From Raillietiella orientalis (lineage: Eukaryota): a DNA stretch of 64,000 nt. A program made the position numbers and the translations under genes. The notes under the pieces are model-generated. The model made no database searches and had not been told where the DNA came from. It saw only the letters and a list, made by a program, of their open reading frames with translations. Location of the stretch: assembly GCA_036172245.1 (NCBI GenBank), contig JAYWIR010000005.1, forward strand, positions 1,364,001 through 1,428,000, in the 5' to 3' direction. This document shows, piece after piece, positions 12,001 through 24,337 of this stretch. Position 1 is the stretch's first letter, and every line of letters begins with the position of its first letter.

Positions 12001-15000
12001 GATGACCCCTCTTTTGCCTGCAGACCTACGTGCAGGGCGGCACGCTCTTCATCCGGAACACACAGAAGGAGGACGGAGGGCGCTACGTGTGCCAGGCGAG
12101 GAACGCGCGCGCGTCGTCCACCACCGTCGCCGAGCTGGTGGTCAACGGTGAGACCCTCGAGGAGGCGCGCGAGCGAACGATCTGGAGGGTGACAACCTCT
12201 TACCTCCTCTCCCCCCTCCATTTCCGTAGACATCCCGCGTCCTTCGCCGCCGTTGGCCTTGCGCGTGTACGTGACCCCACAGTCGGCGACCGCCTCCCCA
12301 GGGGAGAGCGTGACCCTGATGTGCAGCGCCGAGGGAGGCATCCCCCCCCTCACCGTGGCATGGCTGCGGGACGGTGGGTCCCTGGCCGAAGATTTCAGAC
12401 AAACTTCCCACCTCGGACAGGTGCGTGCGACCAACCTACCCCCCGTGGGCCCCCCTGCAACCACCCTTTCAGGCCCCCACTTCCGTCTGGAGAGCGGAGC
12501 AGCCCGGAGTGTACACGTGCGAGGTCACAGACGCCTTCGGCCAGAGGTCTCAAGCGGAGTCCGTCGTCTCCTCCGCCTCTTCCGGGTGAGCCCATCGGTT
12601 TTGGGAGGGGAGGAGCCGTCGCCCGGGCAACGAAGGGTCCAGGTCTTCCCCTCCGAAGGCGAGCATCGTGCCCGAGCAGCAGACGGCCTTCCAGGGCTCC
12701 AGGGCCGAGCTGCGCTGCGACATCAGTGGCCGCCCACGCCCGACCGTTCAGTGGAGCAGGTTCCAAGAGTCCCTCCCGGCCAACGCCCAGGTGAACGGGG
12801 AGTCTCCCCCACCTCACGGACAACGCCCCCTTTCCAGGTTGTCGGCGACCTCCTGGTGTTCGCGAACGCCACCGTGGAGGACAGGGGGATGTACGTGTGC
12901 GAGGCGACCAACGCCCTGGGGACGACGCAGGCCTACGCTATCCTGGAGGTCGAACGTAAGCGCGGGGCGGAAGCAGAGGGTTGCCTCTTCCCGACCCCTT
13001 CCGTCGCGCCCCCACGGGGGCGGAGGCGGCGGACCTTTCGCCTTCCTCTCTCATCCCTCGATCTCCTCCACCCCAGGGAGGGAGCGACCCCTCGTCGAGG
13101 TGCCGTCCCCAGACAGGACCCTCCCTCCGGGAAGCAGCACCATCTTCGCGTGCAGGGTGCTAGCGGGCATCCCCGCCCCGAACATCACGTGGTTCTTCGA
13201 GGGACGCCCCGTGGAGGGCGTTGGCAGGGCGCAGCAGGTCGACACCAACCTGAGGTGTGCCCCGATTCCCCGGGAGAGGGGAGGGAAGGAGAGAGAACCG
13301 GCTCACCCCTAGCCTCCCCCTTTTCCCTCCTCCAGGATTGTGGACGCGACCGCTGCGGAAGGAGGACGCTACTGGTGCAGGGCGACCAACATCCTGGGGA
13401 CGTCGGTTGCCGAGGCGATGGTGAAGATCGAGGTAGCACCCTCTCACCCCTCCTCCTCGACCCACCCCTCCTCCCTTCCCCAGTCTCCTCCGGAGGTCAG
13501 CTTCCCCTTCTCGAACCCCTACTACGCCAAGAGGGGTGACTTCGTGGGGCTGGAATGCCGGGCCGTTGGAGCGCCCATGCCGGTGGTCACCTGGAACAAA
13601 GTCCCGGACTCCAATGACCCGTTCGTCTTTCCGTAAGTCTCAGGGAACCCGCGCTGGGGAGAGGGAAAGGGGAGGGAGGGAAAGAAAAGTCCCCTTGGGT
13701 AGGGGGGGAGAGGATTGGCGGTCCGCCGCGCGCGTCTTGGATCGCTTCCATGAGAGCGGCAGCGGGAGCGGTGCCTCCCTGCACCGGGCCCGGGAGGATG
13801 CAGTCCTCTTTGTTCCCTCCGGGTCTGGACCTCATGGATCGCCGAATAGATCGCGTCGCGGGGCTGGGTCGGAACGGGACGCCGGGAGGGGGTGTGGAGG
13901 GAACGCACGCACACGGCTCGAATTCGGGGCACCGAGCCAACACCCCGAGGTTTCGCCCCGTTCGCTTCTATCGAGGGAACGCGGAAGCCGCTCCGAGCGC
14001 AGCGCCGTCGTAGCCCGGCAACGGCGGTGGAGATGAATGGTCCCCGGGATCTCCTGTTGTGGGATGCCGCGGCCCCGTGTGAATGGGGGGAGGGATGGGG
14101 ATGAGGTGCCGCGTCCTGTATCCTGCAAGCTTGGCAACAGACGGAAGGGAATCGCCCCACGCGCCCCCAGCCTTCTGTCGAAGGGCACCCCGAGATGCCC
14201 CGGCAGGAGGTCCAGACCGTGGTCCGGGATCTCGTTATGAGTTCTGTTCCGTCCGGCTTCCACGAGAAGGACCCCCGTCGCAGTGGCAGGGGAGGAACCA
14301 ATCAGCTCCTCTGCCCTCACAAAGGACAAGAAAAGGAGTAGGGGGAAGGGGGAAGAGGGACGATTTCTCGAGGGCGTCCCCACGTGCAGCGGACGCGCGA
14401 GAGAGCCGGTGAGTCCACCGGAGGCAAGGTGACCCTCGGCGCTTTGCCCTCCTTCCCCAGCGGGGTGCCGGCTGCGCCTCTCTGGACCAGAACTGCACTC
14501 CTGAGCGCTCAGCGGAAACGCGCGTTCGCGCGCACCCGTTCTGCCATCTAACCGCCTCTCGCGCAACTAAAGCTGCTACCAGTCCCCCTTCCCGGTTTTC
14601 CGCGTCCTGGCACCAAGAGAACGGGGCTCGTTCGCGGGTCGTGCTCGCGGCTAGGAGCATCGAGGGAAAGAAGGGGCTGCTCACAGGCGGGATGGGGCGA
14701 AATCCTCTTTTTTTTCCTGCCGAAAGCCGTGAACGAAGGAGGCAGAGCGAGTCCTCTTGTGGCATTTGGCGTGAGAAGGGTTTAGCAAAAAAAAAAATCA
14801 TGGTTTGCGGGTGCAGGAATACCCAGAGCCCTGTGTCAATTTGAACGGTTCGAGTGCAGTGGAGGGGTGGAGACGTTGGACGAATCTGCCGAGCGCGCGA
14901 TCGTCTTCGCACGCTTCACGCTGGTAGCCTTCCCTCGCTATTTGCATCCCAATGCGCGGAAGAGGAAGAGAAACCCGGAAGCATCGTGGCTTTAGGAAGC

Positions 15001-18000
15001 TGGGGCCTCTCAAGCCCCAAAAGCACCCTGGAGCATGCAGCGCTCTCACCACGGCTTACCCTGGCGTTCCCTTGCCGGAGGCGCCGACCGCCATCAGACG
15101 CACCGGCGAGCAGAGGACCGAAATCCTCGCAAGCATCGCCCCCGAGAGGTTCCCGTCTTCTTCGGCGTCCCCTCAACGAGGAGGCGGCCTCATGGAGCCA
15201 GCCGTTCGGACGCTCCTGAGGACAGGAACGCGGCAGCCAGGGTTGGCGCCAGCGAGTACCCCACGCCGCGGTGGATGGGGAGAGCTTCTGGGTGACAGTG
15301 AGGTGGCGGGGAGCCCTGAAACACTTGGCGGAGGAAACTCCTCAAGGGGTTCCTTTCACCAAACGCTCCTCCGTGCATCGAAGGTCCTGCCTTCCGAGGT
15401 CGGGACAGGGATAGTGGGCGGCGGACCCCCAGAGTGAGGGGAAGCGAATCCGGGTGCGAATTCTGCTGAGCGTTTCGTCGGGCAGGCAGCACTTTCCTCG
15501 CTTCCTCGAAGAACCGAGAGGCCGGGTGTCAAAGAGCTCCCTCTGTGGTGGGGACGTTGGGGGTGCAAAAGCAAGCCGCTGGCCTTTCGCGGCTGCGTTT
15601 GTTCCACGGTCGCTGGCCACGCTGCAAGATATCTCCTAGCCCAATTACCCGGCACAGCACACACTCGTGCAGCAACGCGAGTGGCCTGTCGAGGGTGGAG
15701 CGGAGCTCGCGTCGCTAAGGGGGAGGGTCCGAACCCTGCGATTGGCTTTCGAAGGAGCCCGGTGGGGGCAGTTGAGAGCCGCCAGCGGGTGCGCTCCGAG
15801 GCGATGCGACGTCGGCCTCCCCATCTAGGCGGAGATCGCGATCGGTGCAACGCGGGAGCGCGCGCGCTTCAAGGAAAAGGGGAGAGAGATGCGTCCGCGA
15901 CGGGTCCCGGAAGCTCGGAGCGGGGCAGCTCCGCCTGAAACCGCGGCCAACACTTTGTAGGTTGAGGAACAGCCAATACTCGAGCCAGGACGCCATCGCG
16001 GTGCTCGAGTTTTCGCGGGTGGAGCCGGAGAACGCGGGGCGGTACGTCTGCCAGGCCAGGAGCCCTGCCGGTACCTCGGAGAAGCAGGTCGAGCTGGTCG
16101 TGCTGGGGTCGGACGACGAGGAAGCCGTCTACCACAGACGGCGGCCGCCGCTGCCGCTGCCGCACGAAGACTCCTCCTCGGAGGTCTTCTCCGGATCTGT
16201 CGGAAACACTGTTGAGCTGAGTTGCAAGATAGAAGGTGGGGAGCGGCCTGGCAGTGAGAGAAGGACTTCATCGCCACGCTCGTTTCAGGACACCCGGGAG
16301 AGGCCCTCCTGATTGAATGGAACAGGCGCCCAGGCAACGGCACGCTTCCGTATGGATCCAGGGTTGCCGACGGCATCCTGATCATCCCCGTCTTGCAAGC
16401 CGAGGATGCTGGGGAATACATCTGCTACGCCGTTAAGGACGGGGTGTTGGTGGCCGAAAAAAAGGTCACTCTCAACGTCCACGGTGAGAACCAGCCTCTC
16501 CCGAAGGAGAGAAGAAGCAATTTCTTCCTCTAACACTAATCCTGATAATCTGTACCTACTTCCCCTTTCTGGGTCGCGGTAGTTTCCCCTGTTCTACGTG
16601 TTCCCCCTTCCCAGGTCTCCCCAGGATTCGTCTGAGTCCTGTCAGCCAGCGCGCGAGCCCGGGCCAACCCGTCTCCATCGTGTGCGAAGCGACCGCCGAG
16701 GAGCCGTTGGTCATACGCTGGGAGAAGGCCGACAGCCCCTATCAGTACCTGGACGTCGTCAAGAGCGGCAACAGGGCCGTCCTGCAGGTGACTCTCTGCA
16801 CGCGCGACGCCAGTCCCGAGCGCCTGGGCGTTCTCGTAGTTCTCCAGTATCCAGAACGAGGACGCGGGGAGATACATCTGTCTAGCCGAGAATCGCCACG
16901 GGTCCAGCCAGGAGCTTGCTGAGATCTCCGTCGTCGGTGAATGGTCCTTGGGATCCTCGCGTTCCACCTCCGCCGCCTCCTTCCAAGATCGCTTCGCCCC
17001 TGCATCCATCCGCGCGGAACGCAGCTCCGTGAATGTGGAAGCCGGCTCGGACGCGTACCTGAAGTGCATCGTGTCGGATCCCCGACTGCCCGTCCACTGG
17101 AGGAAAGTAGACAGCTTCCTCCCGTACTTCGCCGACCCGCAGAAGGATCTGCTGCGTCTGCACAACGTGCAGGTCGAGGACAGCGGCCGCTACGAGTGCT
17201 CGGTGCCCACCGACGACGGAGGCGTCCAGAGCGACGTCGTGGATGTCTTCGTGGTGAAAAGCTCTGACGGTAATCTGTGAGAAGGGACAAAAGAAGGGAC
17301 ACCTCCTTCTCCTGCTTCTCTCCCCTCCCTCCCTGCACTCCTGTGGGCGCTCACGTCTTTTCGCTTGCAGCCGCTGCCATCAGCATCGAAGCCAGCAAGG
17401 AGGTCGTCCACGAAGGAGACGACCTGGACGTCATATGCGAGTCTCCGGAGATCTATGCGAGGATATCGTGGACTAAGTCCAGCTTTCCCCCGACTTTCCC
17501 GGACAACATCAAGGTGTACGGACCCATCCTAAAGTGAGTCTAGCAGAGAGACCTTCACCCACCCGGAACGCGCGTCCGTTCTCCTGTTCCAGGGTCATCA
17601 AAGCGAGACCAGACGACCAGGACATCTACGTGTGCGAGGTGACCACGGCCGCGGGAACTTCCAGGAAGAGCTACAACCTCACGCTGGCAGGTCAGCCAGA
17701 GGAAGATGCGCGAATTCCAGAATCTCCCTGGAATGTGCGCTCACCTCCTCGCCCTCCTCCTCCTTCTGACCTCGTTCTTGGTGGTGATGGTGATAGGTGT
17801 TTTCTTTCCTTTTCTTTTCGTTTTGGGTTCGCGTTGTGCCGCTTCTCGATCGATCACGACGGTACACCATCTCGAGCACGCCGTGCATGCTCGCGCCAAG
17901 CTCAAATCTCCTCCATGGTGCGGCGTAGACTCTCCTGAGGAACACAACTTCCCTGCGCTCGTGAGGGCGACGAGCGACATGAGCGGCGAGGAACACGCGC

Positions 18001-21000
18001 AGCGTCTGGGAGATGCGGCCGAGCCCCGTCCAGTTGGCGCATTGGCACGCGCCTTGGGCTGGCGTCGACCGGGAGGCACCCGGAGTGATAAACGGGCGAC
18101 GCCCTCGTCTTCTCTTTCGAGTTTCCCCGGGACGCATATCGGTGAATCATTCAGATCCCCCCTTGGTCCTCGGAAATTCACGTGTTGCGGTGGCCACTTG
18201 GCAGCCTGCTGTCCGGCTGCAGCCTCTACTTCCGGGACGTTGATGGATCCAAGCGGGCAGCAGCCACCTCGACCCTTCCTGCGCTCCAGGCGTGTCCTTA
18301 GCGGTGCGGAGCTGAGGTCACGCTACGCGGAAGAGCGTCGCGTCCCTACGATTCCCCGCGCCCATGCGGCGTAGATTGCTGAAGGAGTAGGACGGCTGAG
18401 AACTCTTCGGGTGAAGTAGGTGGCGAGGCGCGGAAGCATCCGCTTCGAAGCCAGTGATGCCTCCTTCCTCCAAGTGACCACTGACGGAGATGATGATCAC
18501 TGGGTGGCTCGAAACCTGCGGCTGCACCCGCAGCCTCCTTCCCCTCCTCCTCGCCGAGCTGGCAGATAAAGCGCCGAGGTCCTCTTAGCGTCTTCGTGGT
18601 CAGTCCGCGAGCACTTGATCCGAAAGGATTCTGGTAGCGTTTGCCACTGTGGTTGATGCCTCCGCGTCGATGGACTCCACAGGCGGCACGTTCGCGTTCG
18701 ACGAAACGGCAGCGTAGAGAAGCGGGAATTAGGCCCAAGCGCGCGTGCGCTCTCGGTCGGCGACGGGGTGCCTGCCGTCCATCCAACACCATCTGGCGTT
18801 TTTCCCGCTAACTCTCATGCATCGCATCGTTGTTAGCGGATCCCCCACCCCCGTTCGAAGCGTCTTCGTTCTCCTGGCACGCCCCACGATGCAAGCATTT
18901 CTTTAGAAAAAGCCAAAAAAATCAAGCGTCTCTCGGAATTTTAGCTCTGGTTCCGAATCTTTCATCCAGCGTTCAACGTGCATCGTAGTATGCTCAGACG
19001 GCTGCAGACTGTTTATCTCCTTCTTCCGTGTTCGCTCATGGATTTCAGGCTATTTTAGGAAGTACACATTTTCCCGTTTGCCTCGTTCCTTTATGAAACT
19101 GGATACTGGGGATGGGGGGAGACAAACAAACAAGAAGCAGCGTCTCCGTCGTTTTCTCGATGAAGAATCTGTTCTTGTGGCTCAGGGATCTCTCCACCAC
19201 CTTCAGGTCCGCGTGATGTTCCATTACTCCTTGGATCAAGCCATTTCTCTGTCCAGCCTCCTCGAGCTAAGTACATGAAATTGTAGGAGTGTAGGACCGT
19301 CTATGCATCTCCCATGGCATCCAGCGCTCGTGGGACGACGAGTGAACCACAGATCGAAGCTCTGCACTTCTCTTCGGGAGTTTTCCGTGGAACAGTTCGA
19401 TGCTTTTCCGATCCATCTCTCGAAAGTTCGGCACTTTCCCCTCCCGCTTTTGCTCACGACTGCGAAGCAAGGAATTGCCCCATCGTGCTGCCAGCTCGTT
19501 CCCTTTTCGACAGTTTTGACGGTTTCGGGCGCCGGTTGGGACATCGACGCGTAGATGATGCTGTAGGGTCTCGCGGGGCGTCGGGCAAGAGGCTCCCTGA
19601 CCGATGGCGCTGGAGAGTTTCCCTTCCTCCTGGAACGCAGATCGGCTGATGCGGCTGCAGGGAAGAAGCAGAGGAAGATTCCTCATTCTTCTGCAAATCC
19701 TGTTTTCCTCCATTTTCCCTACGTCGTGGCCGTGCGAAGTCCTCAGCTCGCGTCTTGGCCGTTGCGGCTTCTCGAGTCAGAAGGGATAGAAGAGATGCAT
19801 CAGAGGAGCTGCGTCGAAAGAGAGGAGAGTATGGCAGGTGGCCGAGAGAGCGAGGAGCGAACCGCGGAGCAAAGAAGCGACCGGAGACGGACCAGCCCAG
19901 CACCGCCTCTGCGCGTCCTTCAGGAACGGAGCAACCTACCCAATGACGAGGAGCACCAGCAGGGAGGGACCTGGGAAAGTCCATCCAAGGCAGGGAGCTC
20001 CTGGATGTCTTTCAGCAGCAAGCCTCACTCACGTTCGTGCATTCCCAGGAGGGGAAGAGAAAGGGAGGACTCCCTTTTTTCCTGTAATCCTTTCCCCTGG
20101 TTCCCCATGACAAGCACAAGGTGCACGTGAAGAGAGCACCAATGAGCTCGCCGATCCCGTTTCTTTTCGTGTGTTCTTTTCGGAGAGAGACCGCAGTGGG
20201 GTGTCTGAGCTGTGGGTCAGTCCGCTCGCCGTCGCAGCGCGCGCGGGGGCGAACGGGAGTCCCCACGGCCCGATCTCGACAGGTTGGACCGATGCGTTGG
20301 CGCCTTCTCTCTCGAAACTTCCGGGGATGCTAAGCCGGGGAGAGGAATCCCAGCATCCCTCCCCTACAAGAGAACGGCGGAGGAGACCTGGCTGGCTGCT
20401 GACCTCTCCCCTTTCTCTTTTCCAGACGATCGGCGCCACTTCGCGGATCCGCCCCATGACCAGCCCAAGGTGCGGGTCGCGCGCTACGACTCTTCGGTCG
20501 AGTTGGACTGCGACATCGCAAACAGGCGGACCGTCTGGTCCAAGGAGGGCGGCGACCTCCCCGTGCTGTCCTTCCTGGTGGAAGGCAGGCTCAAGATACT
20601 CAGCCTGAGGAGTGAAGACGCGGGGATCTACGCCTGCAGACCCGAGGGATCCCCTCAGGACCGAGAGCACAGGGTCATCCTGAAGGTCGAGGATGTGCTG
20701 TACTTCTTTCCCCAGAATCCCATCAGCTACGTCGTCGTAGCGCCTTCTGTGGACAGGACCAAGGACTTCGAATTGACCGTTTCGTTCAGGCCGGATTCGG
20801 AGAACGGTACCATATCCTAGGAAGTCGTCCTCCTCGCTTTTTCCTCTTCCTATCTCTGGCTGCGTCTCTGTTTCCCTCTTCATCTTCCTGCCCTCCACTT
20901 CCTCTTCCCCTCTTCCTCTTTCTCTTTCCTCTTCCTCTTTTCCTCTCTTCCTCCTCTTTTCACTCCTTGCCCTCCACTCCCTTCCCTCGAGGGCTCAGCG

Positions 21001-24000
21001 ATTCGCTTCGTCTTCCCCAGGCGAGAGGGCGGAGGACGCGACATGTGGCGCGCCCTCCATCCTCTCTCCCTCCTAGACGCAACGACCATCTCTGTGCGCG
21101 ACCCTGACGCCTAGAAACCGCTCCCCACTCAGGCTGCTCTACTGCTCCCTAGAAACAGCACCCTTTCAGGGCTCATCTGGTACCGCATGCACCAAGACTC
21201 GACGCACTCCATGTATCTGGAGCTCAGCGAGAAACACATCTTGCTCCACGTGGGCACAAACAACAGCAAACTGCTCATGAGGACGTCGACTCAGTTGCGA
21301 ACTGGGGAGTGGAACACCGTGACCGTGAAAAACATCGGCGGCCAGTACTGGAAGCTGCTTGCCCAAGACCAGGAGGAGGTCACTCAGCGGTCCCCTGTGA
21401 GGTACAGCGACCTGGACCTAAACCCCTACCTGTATATTGGGGGTACCCCGGACAAGGCCGGGTTCATTGGTAAAGCTGTTGCTCCTGCGAAGTCATGTCT
21501 TCACCTCTCCATCCCCTACTCCTCTTCCCCCTCCCTTCTCACGCCACTCCAGGATGCATCGGCCAACTGATATTCGGATCGGAAGCAGCGGACCTGCAGA
21601 GCCAGTCGGTGGAGAAGCACGGTGTTGAATTTTGCCGGGTCTGCAAGGGTCACGAGTGCCAGAACGACGGGGTGTGCCAGGATGCTCCCAACTCCGTCGG
21701 CCACGTGTGTTTCTGCCAACAAGGATTCAGGGGAAGCCAGTGTGAGAGTCCACGAGACCATGCTTGCGACCATCCAGGTACGAAAATCAATGGAAACTCC
21801 TCCTGATCCTCCTCTTTCTATCTCTGGCTGCCTTCCTGTTTCTCTCTTCGTCTTCCTGCTCGCCTTTTCTTCTCTTCCTCTTCCTCTTTGAGTCTTTTCC
21901 TCTTCCTCTTCTTCTCTTCTTGTCCTCTTCCTGCCTTCCTATTCCTCCTGCCCTGGTCTATAGGGCCGTCTCCTTCTGCTTCCATCTTCCCTTTCTGAAA
22001 CAACGCTTCGTGTCCACCAGAGACGTGCGGCGAGGGCACTTGCCAGATGGATGCCGCAGGGGAGTACCGGTGCCTCTGTTCCTTCCGCAAGAGCGGTCGG
22101 AACTGCGAGAAGCCGGTCCTCATTACCTCCCCCGAGATGGCGAACGACTCGTCCTTCGTGCTGTCCCTTCCGAGGAGGCAGGACAGGTAGAAACAGGGAT
22201 CTCGGGGAGGTTCCGAGTCGGCAGGTCGGATCATCGTTCTCTTTCCCCTCCCCTCCTTTTCCCTCGAAAGGCTGGAAATCTCCTTCCGCGTGAAGTTCTC
22301 GGACTACCGGGATGGCGTCATCATGTACCTCCCGGAAAGAGTGGGCCAACGAGGGTTCTTCCTCCTGCTGTCGCTGAAGTCCGGCGCCATCACCCTCACC
22401 TACAATCTTGAAGGTCTGACTGGTGCTCTCTCTTCCGGCCGGGAAATTCCGCTGCTCTTCTCCCCCCTCTTCACCCCTTCTTTCCCTCTTCCCCCGCCCG
22501 CTTCCCTTCCAGAGCCGTACTGGCCAGACACCCACACTTTCCCGGAACTGAGTCTCATCTTGACGGAAGAGTGGAACGAGGTCTCCGTGAGGGTGGACAA
22601 CAACATCGTTGGGCTGTCAAACGATGGGGCTTACAAATTCCAAGGGATCACCAACTTATGGAACGACTTCCGCGCGGAGCAGCCCATCTTCTTTGGGGCG
22701 CCCGCCCCGGACGTGAACCTGCAATTCTTCGGCGCTCCGCTGAACAGCTTCCAAGGATGCATCGGAGAGGTCAGTGTGGATAGAGGGGGAGGAGGGATGA
22801 CCGGCCCCCCGGGTTTTGTAGAAGGTCACCATAAACGGAGAGATCCTGGACCTGTCAGACTCCGCCTTTAAGGCGTACGGCCTCCGGCAGTGCTCCGAGG
22901 GAAGGATGAGGGAAGAAGACTCGTGCGCCCCCGGAGACCCGTGCGTTTCCCTCCCGGAAAGAAGTACCCTCGGGCGCTAACCTCCCCCTCTTGTATCCCG
23001 AACAGGTTCTGCGGTCCCGGTTACCATCAAGCCCACCTCCCCGACGCCCCTTGTGAGCCCAACCCCTGCTGGAACGGCGGCACCTGCTTGCAGAGGGGCG
23101 ATGGCGCCTTCAGCTGCTGGTGCGCCAACGGATTCACAGGGAGGAACTGCGAGAAAGGTGAGATGCTCCCACACCTCCTCCTCCCACGTCCACCTCGCTC
23201 TTCTAACGGCTCCGCCGGTACTCCAGCGCCGGATTCCCAGTTGGCAGTCAGGTTCGGCGGCTCGGGATTCCTGGAGCTCGACAGGAACTTGCTGGTGTTG
23301 CCGAACGCAGAACGGGAGACAGTCAGCATCGAGTTCACCACCCAGGAACCGGATGGGCTGCTGCTCTGGCTAGGGCAGCAGCCGCACGTGGATGGAAAGG
23401 GCAAGGACTTCCTCGCCATCGCGGGTGAGCCCGGAAAAGAGAAAGGGGGAAAGGGCAGCTGCAAGCGCTCGCAAAACCACCTGACCTTTTCGATTCTTTT
23501 CTTCTTATTATTATTCCTCCTCCTCCTCCTTTTCTTCCTCCTCCTTCCCCTCCCACACGACAACGCGCTTCCTTTGCGCGGCGTTTCACTGTTTCTTTTC
23601 TTTCCGCCCGTGCCGAGCAGTGAAGAACGGACGCGCTCAGTTCAGCTACGACCTCGGTAACGGGACGGCGGTCATCGAGTCCACTTCCCGCGTCAACGAT
23701 GGCGTGCCCCACCGGATCGTGGCCAAGCGCGTCGGTCTCGACGGGCACATGGAGCTGGACGCGAAGACCAAGATCTACGGCCGGACGCCGGGCTTCCTGC
23801 AGGTTCTGCACACCAAGGGCAACGTCTACCTTGGTACGAGGGGCGCTCCTCCGCGCGCGCGTCTGGCCCCACTACCCTGCTCCCACCCACCCCGTGCTTG
23901 CAGGAGGAACTCCCGACGTGCCGCTCATGACCGGCGGGCGCTTCACGGAAGGCTTCCGGGGTTGCGTCCACAGCGTCTCCCTGCACAGCTCGGCCCCGCT

Positions 24001-24049
24001 TTCCCTGCCCGAAGCTGCCGTCTCCAGCCTGGAAGTCGGCTCCTGCTGA
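1..24049 (+). CDS. HSPG2: Perlecan (basement membrane heparan sulfate proteoglycan core protein, trol/unc-52 orthologue); 5'-truncated by the window, about 53 exons
   Basis: The manually spliced exon chain gives the perlecan domain order. LDLa end (SDEVDC), Ig ([21 protein letters not shown]), 3 LDLa ([43 protein letters not shown]), Ig, three laminin-B/L4 plus laminin-EGF modules ([32 protein letters not shown]), about 12 Ig domains, then LamG-EGF-EGF-LamG-EGF-LamG ending [16 protein letters not shown]. Introns are GT-AG except one GC-AG, and phases are consistent. Confidence 0.96.
1022..1560 (+). other. Perlecan domain II: three LDL-receptor class A repeats
   Basis: Exons 1022-1171, 1230-1342 and 1424 onward encode [32 protein letters not shown] and [16 protein letters not shown]. 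Confidence 0.9.
4005..4660. repeat. Intronic low-complexity (TTG/CTG/TTTC)-rich cryptic simple repeat
   Basis: Nearly A-free run of ctgttgttgtttct-like words; a similar tract lies at about 2560-2900. Confidence 0.85.
6760..7116. repeat. Intronic polypurine (GGA/GAA) tract ending in a (GA)n microsatellite
   Basis: Almost only G and A on the + strand; pure GA run at about 7089-7116. Confidence 0.85.
10768..20690 (+). other. Perlecan domain IV: about 12 immunoglobulin domains (first one atypical)
   Basis: Repeated C..W..DxGxYxC Ig signatures starting at about 10768, 11426, 11822, 12230, 12643, 13076, 13484, 16180, 16615, 16988, 17371 and 20426. Confidence 0.9.
20691..24049 (+). other. Perlecan domain V (endorepellin-like): three laminin-G domains plus EGF repeats
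   Basis: [94 protein letters not shown]. Confidence 0.92.
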
Positions 24050-24331
24050 GGCGCCGAGGCCGGAGGAAAAAACCAACACTGCCACGACGACGCTGCCATT
24101 ACCCCAGTGCCTTCTTCGACCTGCTGTCGGCGAACCTAGTCCCGTTGTTCTTGTTGACCGACAGTAAACAGCCCCGCTGCCAGACGTTTCTGGACGTCTC
24201 CGTTCTTTCACTGGCAGACGCCGCGGGGCGAACGGAAAGCGGCGGCGCTCTCCGCGCCACCCGAGCCGAAAGGCCTTCCGGGTTGCCACCGCCCGCCCGT
24301 GGTGCTGGCCCTGCCCTCCCCTCCGCGGCTG

Positions 24332-24337
24332 AATAAA
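24332..24337 (+). terminator. Probable polyadenylation signal of perlecan
   Basis: AATAAA about 280 nt after the stop, in an otherwise GC-rich context. Confidence 0.6.
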
